From the human T2T-CHM13v2.0 reference genome, Homo sapiens: DNA of 64,000 nt. A program made the position numbers and the translations under genes. Positions 40,246 to 57,273 of this stretch are shown here, one piece after another. Under the pieces are notes generated by a model, which made no database searches, was not told the DNA's origin, and saw only the letters and a list, made by a program, of their open reading frames with translations. The first letter of the stretch is position 1, and the number at the start of each line of letters is the position of its first letter. The DNA is taken from NCBI RefSeq assembly GCF_009914755.1, contig NC_060933.1; one strand, written 5' to 3'.

Positions 40246-41096
40246 GTATCTTCCCCAAGAGAAAAGGAAAGAGTGGGCAAATCGATCACAAGCAAACAAG
40301 GAAAGTAGGAGATTGAGGAATTAAGAAATAAATGATGTTATCAGTGAGAACAATATAGAAGGCTTAAAGTCAAAAATAAAATGGAATTAGGCTAAAACTT
40401 AAGTGGAAAGATAAAGTCAACAAAACGAAATGAAAAACCAAAAAGCTGAACACATTTTAAAAGGTATGCAATCCAAATAAAATGGAGTTCACAAATATTT
40501 TCTGTAATTGGTAACAAAAAAATCTAATTTAGAGATGACTTTTCTTAAGGTGCTGAGAAAATAATTTTAATGTTAATTCACCCTTTTATTCTTTGAGTTC
40601 AGCAAATTTTGATGATTACATTTTCTAAATCCATGATTAAACTTCTCTGCCATGGCGTAAGTGTACTTACAAAAACCAAAATGTAAAGGGTAAAGTGAGG
40701 TTGGCACCATTTTAAAACTCTGTACCCATATTTTGTTTTAGTAGTCAAAGTTTACATTTAAACTTGGTATTTGTTTATAGTTAATAAAAAGAAAAGAACA
40801 TATGCTGTTATTTAAGTGCTCTGGTGAATAATTTCCCCTTATTTCTAAAGCTATAACTGATATTTGAAGACTGACCCACTCATCTAAAGTTTAGATAACT
40901 CAAGGCAGATTTTAGAAGTATTTCTTCACACTCAGGATTATTAAGTATGAAAGGACGTATGTCCATCCAAAATTCGTAGTACTCATTTTGCTAAAATTTA
41001 TTTTATATAGCCTAGCCAAGACAGTACAACATTTTGCTAATTAGTAATGGCTCATTTAAATAGCCACTGGTTTCTACATATTTCCACACACGAAAA

Positions 41097-41180
41097 GAAG
41101 GAAGGAAGGAAGGAAGGAAGGAAGGAAGGAAGGAAGGAAGGAAGGAAGGAAGGAAGGAAGGAAGGAAAAAGAGAGAGAGA
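41097..41180. repeat. (GGAA)17 microsatellite followed by (GA)n
   Basis: 17 perfect GGAA units at 41100-41167. Confidence 0.98.
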
Positions 41181-41947
41181 GTTTTAATAGGTTTTATTAT
41201 TGAGTTATGTTAAGGCCAACAGATCAGGAGATGATTGCCATTGAAAAGATAGTTTGTGGGCTAGGCATGGTGGCTCACACCTATAATCCTTTGGAGGCCA
41301 AGGTGGGAAGATTACTTGAGGCCAGGAGTTCAAAACCAGCCAGGGAATCGTAGCAAGATCCCTTTCTCTACAAATAAATAAATGAATTAACTGGGTATGA
41401 TGCCATATGCCTATAGTTCAAGCTCCTTGGGAGGCTGAGGCAGGAGGATTATTTAAGTTCAGGAGTTTGAGGTTGACATGAGCTATAATCACCCTACTGC
41501 ACCCCACCCTGGGTGACAGAGTGAGAATCTATCTCTAAAAAACAACAAAAAGATAATGTGTTATACTTACAGATGGAGACACAGGGGCTCACATAGGCCA
41601 GCATGCGGTGGGGGAGGTGCAGTCAGGAGGCAAAGGGAGAGGGAAAATCTTGAGCCAAGAGCCTTTATTGTGGTTTCCTCGGGAGAAATTACAGCAGGAT
41701 CAGGGTCATAGGTGCTGTCTCTAGTTGTCTAGGACCTAGCCCTGGAATGCTAAGGGAAGATGGATAGTGGCTTAGAGTACAGAGTGTAAGCTGTGCATTG
41801 GTTGATTTGCATATGAAAGTTGTGCTCGCAGGTGAGTTGTTTACTCTCTCTAGTAACTGGCTAATCCTGGAGTGAGCTGACTTCCTCTAGGGTCAGCAGG
41901 GCCTCAGATGTCAAAACATCAAAATATAGATAGACACGGTTAATATA
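41180..41947 (-). mobile_element. MER74/MER76-like ERVL LTR split by AluJ
   Basis: 'aaggccaacagatcaggagatgattgccattgaaaag' and 'gggtcagcagggcctcagatgtcaaaacatcaa...ggttaata'. Confidence 0.7.
41259..41546 (+). mobile_element. AluJ with degenerate TSD aaaagata(g/a)t(t/g)tgt
   Basis: Diverged Alu dimer between flanking direct repeats. Confidence 0.9.
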
Positions 41948-43099
41948 AGAAGGAAAGGAAGGATATTTTATGAATGAATACATGAAGAGCAAATAAATAT
42001 TTCATATTAGAATTCTGGTGCAAGACTAACAAAAGTGTATATGTTTTTAGTCTAGAAACGTTTAATGAAAATATGGTCAGATAAAAATAATAATAAACAG
42101 TATTATATAGAATGTTTTGTCATGGATGACCTCAAATACTATTATATTTGTAATTTAAAATATATGATCCTGTGAGTCATGAATTTATAGAAATTGACTT
42201 GCAGAACTTCAATTAATGACCTTGATTATTTTTCTGTAAGAAGAGAGGGAGAGGTTATGTGAGTGCAAGTAAATTAACCTTTCATTCCATACCCTACCAA
42301 CTTCTTCTCCACTGACAAGTAATCAAGATTGTTTGACAGAAACAGCAAGTTGTTTAGCTTCTCAGCTCTCCTGCCGCTAAAATATGATGTCAGATAATTT
42401 GTTCCTGTTTAGGTCTAGCTTGATTACTTCTGGTTCCCTGAGATTTGAATTGATGAAGTTTTACTTTAGTTACATAGCAGTGTTAATAAATGCTGTCCTG
42501 TTTATTAATGAGATGCCAAAACTGTATTGTTATATTTAGAGGACAGAGCCAAGTTCATGTAACTTAAAGTAGTTGAATGTAATAAAAGGTTAATTAGACT
42601 TCATGACCTGTTTGGAATATGTCTTGGGTCTCAATACCATTTAACTTTCAATGCAAAATACCAAAATCCAGAATTAATTTATAAGATAACAATTTAATAG
42701 TCTGTCATTTAAATAGTAAATGATTCTAACACCTCCTGAAGATATGTAAAACTGAAAGAAATACTGAAAACAAAAACTTAAAAGAGGAAAGCAAAATAAG
42801 ATTCAGTCAAGGCCAGCCAAAGTGTTATTTCCTTTGATTCAGTGTGAGTATATTACATGAACATTTTATTCACACTGTATACACAGGATGTCAAACAGTC
42901 CCCACTGAAGGAAGAATCATCGTGAGAGCTTTCTATAAATTATTCAGATGTATAATATGAAGAATTTAAAATACAATGCAATCATTGGGTAGAGAATATA
43001 TGCTACAGAAAATTTCTAACTCAACTTTACCTTCTCATTTTCGACTGAGGGTAAGTGAAAAATATTAACTTGAAAGACCACGCAAGAACACTATTCAAT

Positions 43100-43500
43100 G
43101 GCTAATAAAAATTTTTATAGGTGAAAATAAAACTGCACAAAGTTCTAGCCATATTGAAATCACAAAATAAAATTATCTGAATTGTCTAAAAATTCATCTA
43201 ATGAAAATTTCACTGAGAAATTTAATAATTTTTTTTCATGTTTCAGGCAAACAGAATGCAAAAGAAGTCCATATCTAGAGAAATCCTGGTGGAATTTTTC
43301 AAACTTCTATGACAAAAAAAAGTCCGATGAGTTTCTAGATTTTAAAAAGTACTAAATTACTTTTTAAAAAATCAACTTTACAAACAACATGAAAACAGAA
43401 TGTTTAAGAGGAAAAATTATGTGTAGCTTATAATAATAATTATATCCCAGTTTTCCTTACTTTACTGGAGTACAGAGAAATGACTTTTTAAAAAGGTATA
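43100..43500 (+). mobile_element. HAL1/L1M ORF1-like fragment
   Basis: 'ccatatctagagaaatcctggtggaatttttcaaac' resembles the ORF1 PRHI.V.F motif region. Confidence 0.4.
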
Positions 43501-43714
43501 CAAGTTTTATTAAATAAAAGTCAATGTGAGCTTCTTAATATTACCATTCTGACTTAACAACAATTGTATTTATAAGAAATATGTATTTAGCTACTAAAGT
43601 ATAATAGCAAAAACTAAAATATGCTTTGAATAAGAGATTTCTCTCTCCTGTGTTATATAATACTCTCCTTTTACTGAAATTTCCTCTATATAGCATAGAT
43701 TGTTGAGTATCATA

Positions 43715-46478
<2,764 letters not shown>

Positions 46479-46479
46479 C

Positions 46480-46733
46480 GTGAGTTCTCCTGAGATCTGG
46501 TTGCTTAAAAGTTTGTAGCACTTCTTCCTTCACTCTCTTCCTCCTGATTCAGCCGTGTAAGACATGCTTGCTTTCTCTTCGCTTTCCATCATGATTGTAA
46601 GTTTCCTGAGGCCTCCTCAGCCAGGCTTCCTGTACAGCCATCTGCAGAACTGTGAGCCAATTAAACCTCTTTACTTTATAAATTACCCAGTCTCAGGTAG
46701 TTCTTTATAGCAATGTGATGATGAATCAATACA
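46480..46733 (+). mobile_element. MSTA MaLR LTR, 3' half
   Basis: 'gtgagccaattaaacctct...aattacccagtctcaggtagttctttatagcaatgtga...aataca'. Confidence 0.88.
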
Positions 46734-46751
46734 GGGACTCTGGATATTTTC

Positions 46752-47118
46752 TGTCTTAGCATGGTTAGGCTACTATCACAAAAATACCACAGGTTGGCAT
46801 GATGGATTATAAACAACAGAAATTTATTTCTCACAGTTCTGGAGGCAGAGTAGTTCAGGATCAAGGTGCTGGAAGATTTGGTGTCTGGTGAGGACCTGCC
46901 TCCTAAATCATAGACTGCTGCGTTTTGGCAGTGTCCTCACATAGCACAAGGGGAAAAAGAACTCTCTGGGGCCTCTTTTATAGGGTCACTAATCCAATTT
47001 ATAAGGGAGGTGCCCTTATGATTTATTCATCTCCCACAGGCCCTACCTCCCAATACCATCACATTGAGAATCAGATTTGAATATGAATTTAGAGAAAGGA
47101 TACAATCAGTCTATACCA
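46752..47118 (-). mobile_element. MLT1A/MLT1A0 MaLR LTR
   Basis: 'tgtcttag...aacaacagaaatttatttctcacagttctggaggc...aataccatcacattg...cagtctatacca'. Confidence 0.88.
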
Positions 47119-47119
47119 T

Positions 47120-49387
47120 TTCCTGACCAGTATTAATGATGTGTTTGCTTACTGGGTTATGCGTGCCTAGAGTGGTGTCAGTGACCTTCAAGCCTGTAAG
47201 TAGGGCAAGCACAATATATAGCATAGTAGCCCTTTTGTGGTGAATAAGGCTGAAAAACATGAAGCAGCAGGCCCAGAAAATATGTGACCTCCAAACCCCC
47301 AGAGTACATACAGTGCATATGATAGTAGAAGAACGTTTTGATAGTGTAAGAATGGAGGGACAGACAAGTGTTATTAAAATAACATCAGAGCCCTTCAGCA
47401 ACAAGAATATTGGCTGACATAAGGAGAAAATTCTGTTCATGAAGTGTCAGTAGGCTTGTTGGTATGAGCAAAGCAGGGGTGTTTCTTAGAAATTGTAAAG
47501 CATATCAGATCAGAGGAAGAGGCCAAGTGAGCAATTTGAATAAATATTTTGGTACCCCGTTAGGTTTTTGGAGTGGTACACAGGAAAAGGAGGGCTGGCC
47601 AAGGTAAATCCTTCTATGAGGTTAACTGGATATGGGTAATGAGAGCTGGTGACTCATCTAAGGACTGGTGGCAAGCCCAGAAATTAGTGCAACAAAGGAC
47701 CTGGACTGTATGCTCCATGAGTTGTAAATACATATAGGAGAGACTCTTCAAGACTAGGGGTGGCTTGCTGTGATGGAATGAACTGAGCCTCAGAGAAGGA
47801 AAAACAAAAAAACATAAGCAGAGATGGGGATAGGGCAGTGAACCCTGTACTGAAAACTCAGTGAGGCTGGCTAGGGGAAATTAGCTAGAAGTATGAATGG
47901 TGCCTATGAAGGGTGTGAAAGTGGGGCCTGGTAGGGAAGGTATGGAATTGTTCATGAGTGATGGGATGGTGGTGACCTTCTAGGCAATGATTAATTAAGT
48001 CTCGGTGCCAGATGATAAAATCTAGGGAGAAAATTTAGGACAGTGCAGAAGTTGAATGTGTCAGGTTGTAGCCTGGGGTAGTAGAACAAAATAGACAGAG
48101 GGTACTCCTAGACCCAAAACAGAACTTTAGATACTCCATTGGCAGCTGCTGAAAACATATAGCTAAATAATGAATCACCATTGAGTCTGAGCTTGGCGTT
48201 TTCCATAGCATAAATAATGTTTTGTAAGTATTGACAATCTCCTTTTCAATATTATTGAGTGTAGCTCTGGTGTCATTGCATTTGTGTGGTGTGGTGAATA
48301 TGTTGCAGCAGAGCCTTACATATTAGGGGTGGATAAGGGAATACTGTCAAGAGAAAGCCAAGGTGATGGTTTCTCCAATGGCTTCAGGAAAAAATTAGAG
48401 ATAAGCTTCAATTTGGTGTGAGTACCATAGCCTGAAGGGGTGGAATAGTGGGGCAGGACTATAGAAGGACAGCTGGCAGAGGACAGTGAGGTTAACAGGA
48501 TCTGAAGCAAAGCAAGAACAAAGGAGGAGCAGCATTGGCCGTTGGCAGTAATGAGGTCAGCAACAGAGCCAAAGTCTGGTTTTTATTAGTCAGATGGGCT
48601 GAGGTCATCTGGTGGTCCACTAGGCTGTCATAGAGTTGGCTCACAAGGTTGGCTCATGATGAGGTTGTGGACTTCACTAGGTTTGCAATGATCTTGCACC
48701 AAATTTGGTACCCTAAGGCATAAAGGCTTATTGATCAGGAAGTCATAGAAATGTACTGATGTGGTTGAATAGCAAGGAGAAAAGAGTTAGCTATCTTGCT
48801 ATCCTATTGGAGACATAATACCTCAAAGGATCCTGATGCATTCAACCCCAAATGAGGCTCTAAGTTATCTCTTATGTAATGGTCTGACATGTACTTTAAA
48901 AGGCAAAATCTGAAGTTAGGAACATTACTTCAAATGTCTGAAGAGCAGGGCATACAGCTAGCATATGTGCCACCTTCTATATCTTGCAAATCTTCTGTGA
49001 ATTTAGAATAGCCAATGGGAGCTTCTTTAGTTTTTATAAGAAACTTTGCTGTCATGGTGGAAATGGAACTATGGTACCACCTAGGCTGGTTATGCCTGTA
49101 GTATTGAAAAGCCTGAGTAAGTGTAGGTGGCATCATGGTCTGAATATAGTCCAGCAGCTCTTGCATTGACAGGTGGAATCTGCACAATGGACTGTTGTAT
49201 CCCAGACCCAGGTCATTTGACCTATGGTATTCACAGCCAGGCTATGAAAAGTCAGGAGACCAGTCGTTTGTGCAGTGTGGATGTTATCTCTTGAGGAAGC
49301 AAAGTGTTGCTGACAAGTGTGGGCATAAGGTAGAATATGGATGTACCCATTTAATCCTGTCCCATGGTTCTCAGATACACCATTCTG
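47120..49387 (-). mobile_element. Degenerate ERVL-like internal region
   Basis: Minus-strand fragments 'LLDYIQ' and 'TYSGFS' resemble the ERVL integrase core (WQVDYIG..DTYSGY); possible PBS-like start 'gaatggtg' near 49385. Confidence 0.45.
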
Positions 49388-49399
49388 TTTTTTATTTTA

Positions 49400-50951
49400 T
49401 TTTATTTTTGCTTTCATCATTTTATTTTTTGTGTTTCATTGTGGATAATTTCTATTGACATATCTTCAAGTTCAACTATTTCCTTGGCTTTATCAAATCT
49501 ACTGATGGCATCTAATGATAACATTTGTTAGCTTTGTTACTATGTGATTCAGCACAATTATTTCCATTACTTTCTATCTTATAGTTTTTACTTCTAATAT
49601 GAAATTCCCCATCTGTTCATGCTTGCTGTCCTCCCCTTTTTAGCTAGATCCTTTAACATGTTAATCATAGGTTTTTAAAATTCCTTGTTTGATAGTTCAA
49701 ACGTAGGGGTCAGAGTTGAGTCTAGTTGTATGTATTGCTTTGTCTCTTGACATTGTGATTTTTAAAATTCTTTATATGTCTTGGAATATTTAGTGGGTAC
49801 CTAGACATGTACTGTAAGAGAGTAAACACTGAGGTAATTAATATTTATGCCTGATAAATGACACAGGAATTTTTTTTTTTTTTTTACACAGCTGATTTTT
49901 ATTGCAAGGAGTTAGACCAATCTAGTTAGGAGTTGAGTTACTTTTGGATTTTCTTATTGCTGTACCTTAGTGCACCCCATTCCTCAAATTCCCCTAGTAT
50001 AGTTCTGTATGTGTGATGTGAATTGGTTTACTAGACTGTTTGTTTGTTTGTTTGTTTGTTTTTTCCTACTTCCTCCCTCAGCTTTAGGTGTTTTCTTTGT
50101 ACCTGTACCTTGGGTTTTTCTCCCTGCTCTTGAACTTCTCTCAGCAGTATCATGCTGTTATATATTAGGGGTGCTTGTCAGCCTGATGATGGGGTTGGGG
50201 CTAGAAGAGCATGTTCTTTGTAGTTCTTGTTCAGGCTTAGACAGGCACTGTGCCCTTGGGTCTCATTAATGGGGTCTTTTCAGTAATCCTGCAACTCTCA
50301 CAACTGGACAGGGTTTTACTGTCCAGGCCTGGTACATTTTGTGCCCCTTTATCAACATAGAAGGTTTTTCATCTTGATCCCTTTCCTCAGCTACCGTGGC
50401 TTTTCACCTGTTTCTTGAGGATGGTAGGGTTTGCTTTCTATGATTTTTGTTCTGTAGGGGACATAAAGGAAGAGGATTCAGGGTGAGATTTGTGCCTTTA
50501 CCACGATGGCTGCTGTTTATTTCTCTAGGTCTGCAACAAGAGGAGCATTTCCTCAGGAATATCTCTCACCTTCTGCCAAACTTTCTTGTGAGCCACTTAG
50601 TAAGGTCCATGAACATGAGCCTGTGTGTTGGTATAAGTTCTCCTGCGTTTTGTACTTTTACACTAGCCCACATTCATCCTTTAGCAAATCCTTAGTTTTT
50701 ATTTTTTTTTAGCTGAATTCTGCTCACTAGCTTGGTGTCAAGTGTCTGACAACTACCCCATCTAAACAAGGCTTGCTTCCTATTTTTTCCTGAAGATTCT
50801 TATCTTCTTTTGAATTGGAAGTGAGTTGTTTGCCTTAAAACTCCACTTTCTAATGGTTTCAATAAGGGTTATAATTTTGCAGATTATCAAACAGTTTATA
50901 TTCTAAGGGTGGGAATGATTCTTTTTCCACATTTTAACAGGAATCCAGAAG
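49400..50951 (-). mobile_element. L1MC/L1MD ORF1 and 5' region
   Basis: 'gataatttctattgacatatcttcaagttca', 'gatcctttaacatgttaatcatag', and 5'-end motif 'taagggtgggaatgattctttttcca'. Confidence 0.7.
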
Positions 50952-52658
50952 CCAAACATGTTTTCAAAAATTGAATGTGTTTCCTAAATTCCTAATGAAA
51001 CCTTGCTCTATTTTTAGCACACAATTAGAATAAGTAGCAAAAACCCTTAGATAGTATGCCCTGAGTCATGAATTTATACTAGGACTGCAAATACTGCTTA
51101 CCTTCACAAGAAAGCTTCCTTAATGACTCTCTTGTCAACATTTCTTTGGTACCATACTGAGAGAAGACAATCAGTATTCTCCCAGAAATTTCATTTCAAT
51201 TTACCTTATGGCAAGATTGTACTTTGTGAGTGAATCTATGCTGGTTGGCAGTTTGGGTAAATAGTTTATATTTGATTATTTTCTAAGGATGATAAAAACT
51301 CAAATTGTAACTATGGTATTATTTCCCTCTCTTTGTACATAAAATCAGAGGAGAATAAGTGGTTTACTAGAGGATTCATGTTATCATTTAAATTATATGA
51401 TGGGATGGACTTTAGTGAGATGACTGATATTTTTGAGTAGATACACTTTGGGACCTCCTTAGCCTTTAGCAACTTCTTGGAGACCCAAAACCTTGTCTTT
51501 CCATACCAACTTCTTCAATATCCAATCCATATACATATAACCCCAACGACATGTACACAAAGGAGGATCCTTGAACCTATCTTCCTACTGGACAATAGCA
51601 TTTCTCTAGTCCAAGCTAAAGCTGGCACCTGCCCTAACAACTAATCATTACCTCAGTCCCTGAAATTTGGAATTGGAATGCTGGGATTTTCCTCAGTTGA
51701 TAATAGTCTCTGAATCTAGGAGCATATATATTATCTTTCCATAGAAGATATGGGCAGTATGGCTCATTAACAGACAGTACTGTTTTTCTTAAGTTCATTT
51801 GAAAGAAAATCTTCATATACTTTTAAAAACCAGAAGTGATATTTTATCTATGCACTAATGTCCTTAGTTATAGCAGACTAGGATTATAAATCAATGCTTC
51901 AACAATGAACTATGAGCCTTTGTGTGTGAAAAAAAGAAATAGATTTTAACTATTTCTATTGAAATCCTAAGAGGTTATTAAAAATAAGACAGAGAAAAGT
52001 GGAAAGGGAAAAAAAATCCCTTAAAAGAAAATGTAATAGATAAGACACAGAGCTATTATTGTCCCACTTTTTTGTCTAGGCCTCCTAACCCTCTTGATGG
52101 GCACTTCTATTCTTAAAGCTCTCTGGGAAAAGCATTGAGATTATTTAAGTCTCTTCTTACTCCAGTCACCTCTTCACATTGTAGAAGCTCTAACAATTGG
52201 CCATGATTGAAATCTTTCCGGGCTACGTGAACAATAACCAAATACAAAGACAATATACATAATGGGCATAAAAGAAGCATCATTGTTAACTTTTCATGTG
52301 ATTTGAATTGAGATGTTAATACTAATCATCTTCTTTAATAAGGGATTTATTTGGATCTCTTTATTTGCTTTTTCTTCTCCCCAGTGAATGTTGCTTTCTT
52401 TTTATTACCGTGCATGTTTTATGAGTTGCGATTTATTTGTATGTGTTGGATTTGATTTATTTCTGTGATACTCTACAGTTTTTAAAATCTGATTAAAAAT
52501 GGGGTTGAGGATATGAAATGTGTGCTCTGTAATGTTGGCTCCCCCCACAAATCTTTGATGAACTTGACCAAAGGGAAGTCTAATGGTATTCACTTAAATC
52601 TTGCTTTCACATGTAATTTGGTAACACAATATTTCATTCTCAGAAGCAGAACAATTAT

Positions 52659-53072
52659 CATTCTTTATACCTTGTATTGTGCAGTTTCTATTACTTGGCA
52701 TTAATATTCTACTAAGATGACTAGTTTGAGGCAATTTAAGGACAAAAATACTTCAGTTTTCTGAATTTACTTATGTAGAGATAAGTTGAAGGGATAAAAG
52801 ACAAATATGGCACCCAAAGCACATTATTTGTCTCTAATGATCCAATGTCATCTTTTCACATATTTAACCCTTATAATAAATATTCTTCCAACAAGAGGTA
52901 AAGGAATTACTTATAGGTAATGGAAGATTCATGAAATATACAGCATCAAGTCCTTTTGGTGAAATAATCAAAGATTAGGAGAGGGCAATCCAAAGATAAT
53001 TTGTTTGTGAGCAGAAGCAATTTTATTGGGAAGACAGCCATACATGTGTCTGTGCAAGGTGTGGTGTGTGTG
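52659..53072 (+). repeat. Inverted-repeat arm 1 (~410 bp, apparently unique sequence)
   Basis: Reverse complement of 56860-57273; about 21 substitutions and 4 indels by manual alignment. Confidence 0.97.
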
Positions 53073-53100
53073 TGTGTGTGTATGTGTGTGTGTGTGTGTG
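53059..53100. repeat. (GT)n microsatellite
   Basis: Read directly. Confidence 0.95.
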
Positions 53101-53384
53101 ATAATGAATATCCATGGACAGAATTGAAGTAAGAAAGCTATCTCTGTTTATTTTCGTATCCATTTTAGAAAAACAAATCTTCCAAAGTCCCATCTTTTTA
53201 ACTCAGAAAGAGAAGATGAAAAATTAGCAAGGAGGACCCAACTGCAGACATCTCATACCAAGAGGAAAGAGTATACAGAAAATCAGTGAGAAGTCACATG
53301 CAATCATACATACACTACTTTTTTTCCATATGTTTCTAGCTGCACTCTACATTTCTAGATTAAAAAGTGAGGGCACCAAGATCA

Positions 53385-55235
<1,851 letters not shown>

Positions 55236-55389
55236 ATGTTAGATCATAAGTCAAAAATGTGGGAGTTGTCTGTGAAACCTCATTTTCTCTTTATAATAAA
55301 CCACTCTCCTCTTAATCAAGTCCAGCCCAAGGATTTGGTGTCCTTAATTACTTTCCTATTTATTGGCTTTTCTTTTTCATTCTGTTGCC

Positions 55390-56030
55390 ATTTTCTAGCA
55401 GAGATCATCATTACCTCTACCTGGCTTTTGCATTAACTTCCTAACTGTTGCCTTCTACCTTTCTATCTTCCAATCCACTATTCAAAATATCGGCAAAATG
55501 ATCTCTCTTTAATACAAAATGTATCACGTCACTCTGCTGCTTAAAACCTTTCACTGGTTTTCTATTTCTAAGTTCTTTATCTTACCAAGAGCCTTTATAA
55601 TTTAGCTGTTGTTTATCTTTTGGGTTATTTCATTTTACCAAGTTTTTCTTGCCCTTTGGGCTCATGTTATACTAAACTTTGCATAGTTTCACTAGACCCA
55701 TGCTTTGCATTGTCTTCAATCTTAATATCTGATATTCCTATTGCTTCAATACTTCCCTTGCCATTCTTTCTTCACTTGGTTTATGCTTTTTCCTTGGAAA
55801 TTCAGCTTAGATATTACACCATCCAGGAAGATTTCTACTCACTACAAACTGAAGCTAAATATCCCTTCTAAGTCACCTTGAATTTTCCTTAACATGGTAT
55901 ACAGGCTTCTAATTTCCTTCTCAATATCTGCATTTGATTATAACCTTTGAAAAGGCAAAGTTGTGTCTACCTTATGCATCGAGGTCATCACAGAATCTGC
56001 AGAGTAATAAGCTCTCCATTACATACTTCT
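55390..56030 (+). mobile_element. L2 3' fragment
   Basis: 'atcacgtcactctgctgcttaaaacctttcactggttt' (HVTLLLKTFHWF). Confidence 0.7.
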
Positions 56031-56236
56031 CAAAAAAAAAAAAACAAAACACTTAGAATCAGCCCTAATAATGTCTCACACCTAATTTCATGTCATTAAT
56101 GAAAAGATACCCCCCCTTTAAACAAATTTGCAATGGGCTAAATGGAAGAATCGAAATATGGAATTAAAAAACTGAATTAAGAATTAGAATATTGAATTCT
56201 GATTTGCCAGGACCCTCCTAGTAACTCAAGAAACAT

Positions 56237-56580
56237 TTTTGGTAACAGTTTTATTGAATTATAATTCATATATGTTAAAATTTACCCATTTAATATGTAC
56301 AATTCATTTTTCAGTATAGTCAGAGTTACATGATTATCACTGCAATCAGTTATAGAACATATTCATTTCCACAAAAGGAAATTCTGCCCCCTTTCACAAT
56401 CACCCCCCAATCCTTTCATGTCCCCAACCCCTAGGTGACTACTAATCAACTTTCAATTCCTATTGATTTTCTTATTCTGGATATTCCATGTAAATAGAAC
56501 CATATAATATGTGGTCTTTAATGCCAGGCTTTTAAAAGCTTTTTTTCTGGTTTGTAAGTTTCATCTATGTTGTTCAAGTA
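56237..56580 (-). mobile_element. L1MB 3'-end fragment
   Basis: 'aacagttttattga...ctactaatcaactttc...ttctggatattccatgtaaatagaaccatataatatgtggtcttt'. Confidence 0.8.
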
Positions 56581-56859
56581 ACTTTGATAGATTTAGCTAC
56601 ATGTTTTGGAAGTTTTCAACAGCAGAGTTTGTCAAAACATAGCCAAATTTAACCTAATTTATTAGTCAAAACAATTAAAAATACCATAATTGACATTCAT
56701 TCTATTGACCAATGTACATTATACCAAATATATTTTATATAACAAAGCTGAAGGTTCATCACTGGTTATGAAAACTTTTATTCTTTAGATTAGGCTGGTA
56801 TTTGGGGCCTTTCACACAAACACACACACATGCCTTTCACAGACATGAGTATGTTTTTT

Positions 56860-57273
56860 CACACACAAACACACCTTACACAAATGTATGGCTGTCTTCC
56901 CAATAAAATTCTTCTGCTCACAAACAAATTATCTTGGGATTGCCCTCTCCTAATCTTTGATTATTTTACCAAAAGGACTTGATGATGCATATTTCATGAA
57001 TCTTCCATTACCTGTAAGTGATTCCTTTACCTCTTGTTGGAAGAATATTTATTATAAGGATTAAATGTATGAAAAGATTACATTGGATCATTAGAGACAA
57101 ATAATGTGCTTTGGGTGCCATATTTGTCTTTTATCTTTCAACTTGTCTCTACATAAGTACATTTAGAAAGCTGAAGTATTTTTGTCCTTAAATTGCCTCA
57201 AACTAGTCATCTTAGTAGAATATTAATGCCAAGGAGTAGGAACTGCAAAATACAAGGTATACAATAAAGAATG
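56860..57273 (-). repeat. Inverted-repeat arm 2
   Basis: Reverse complement of 52659-53072. Confidence 0.97.
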
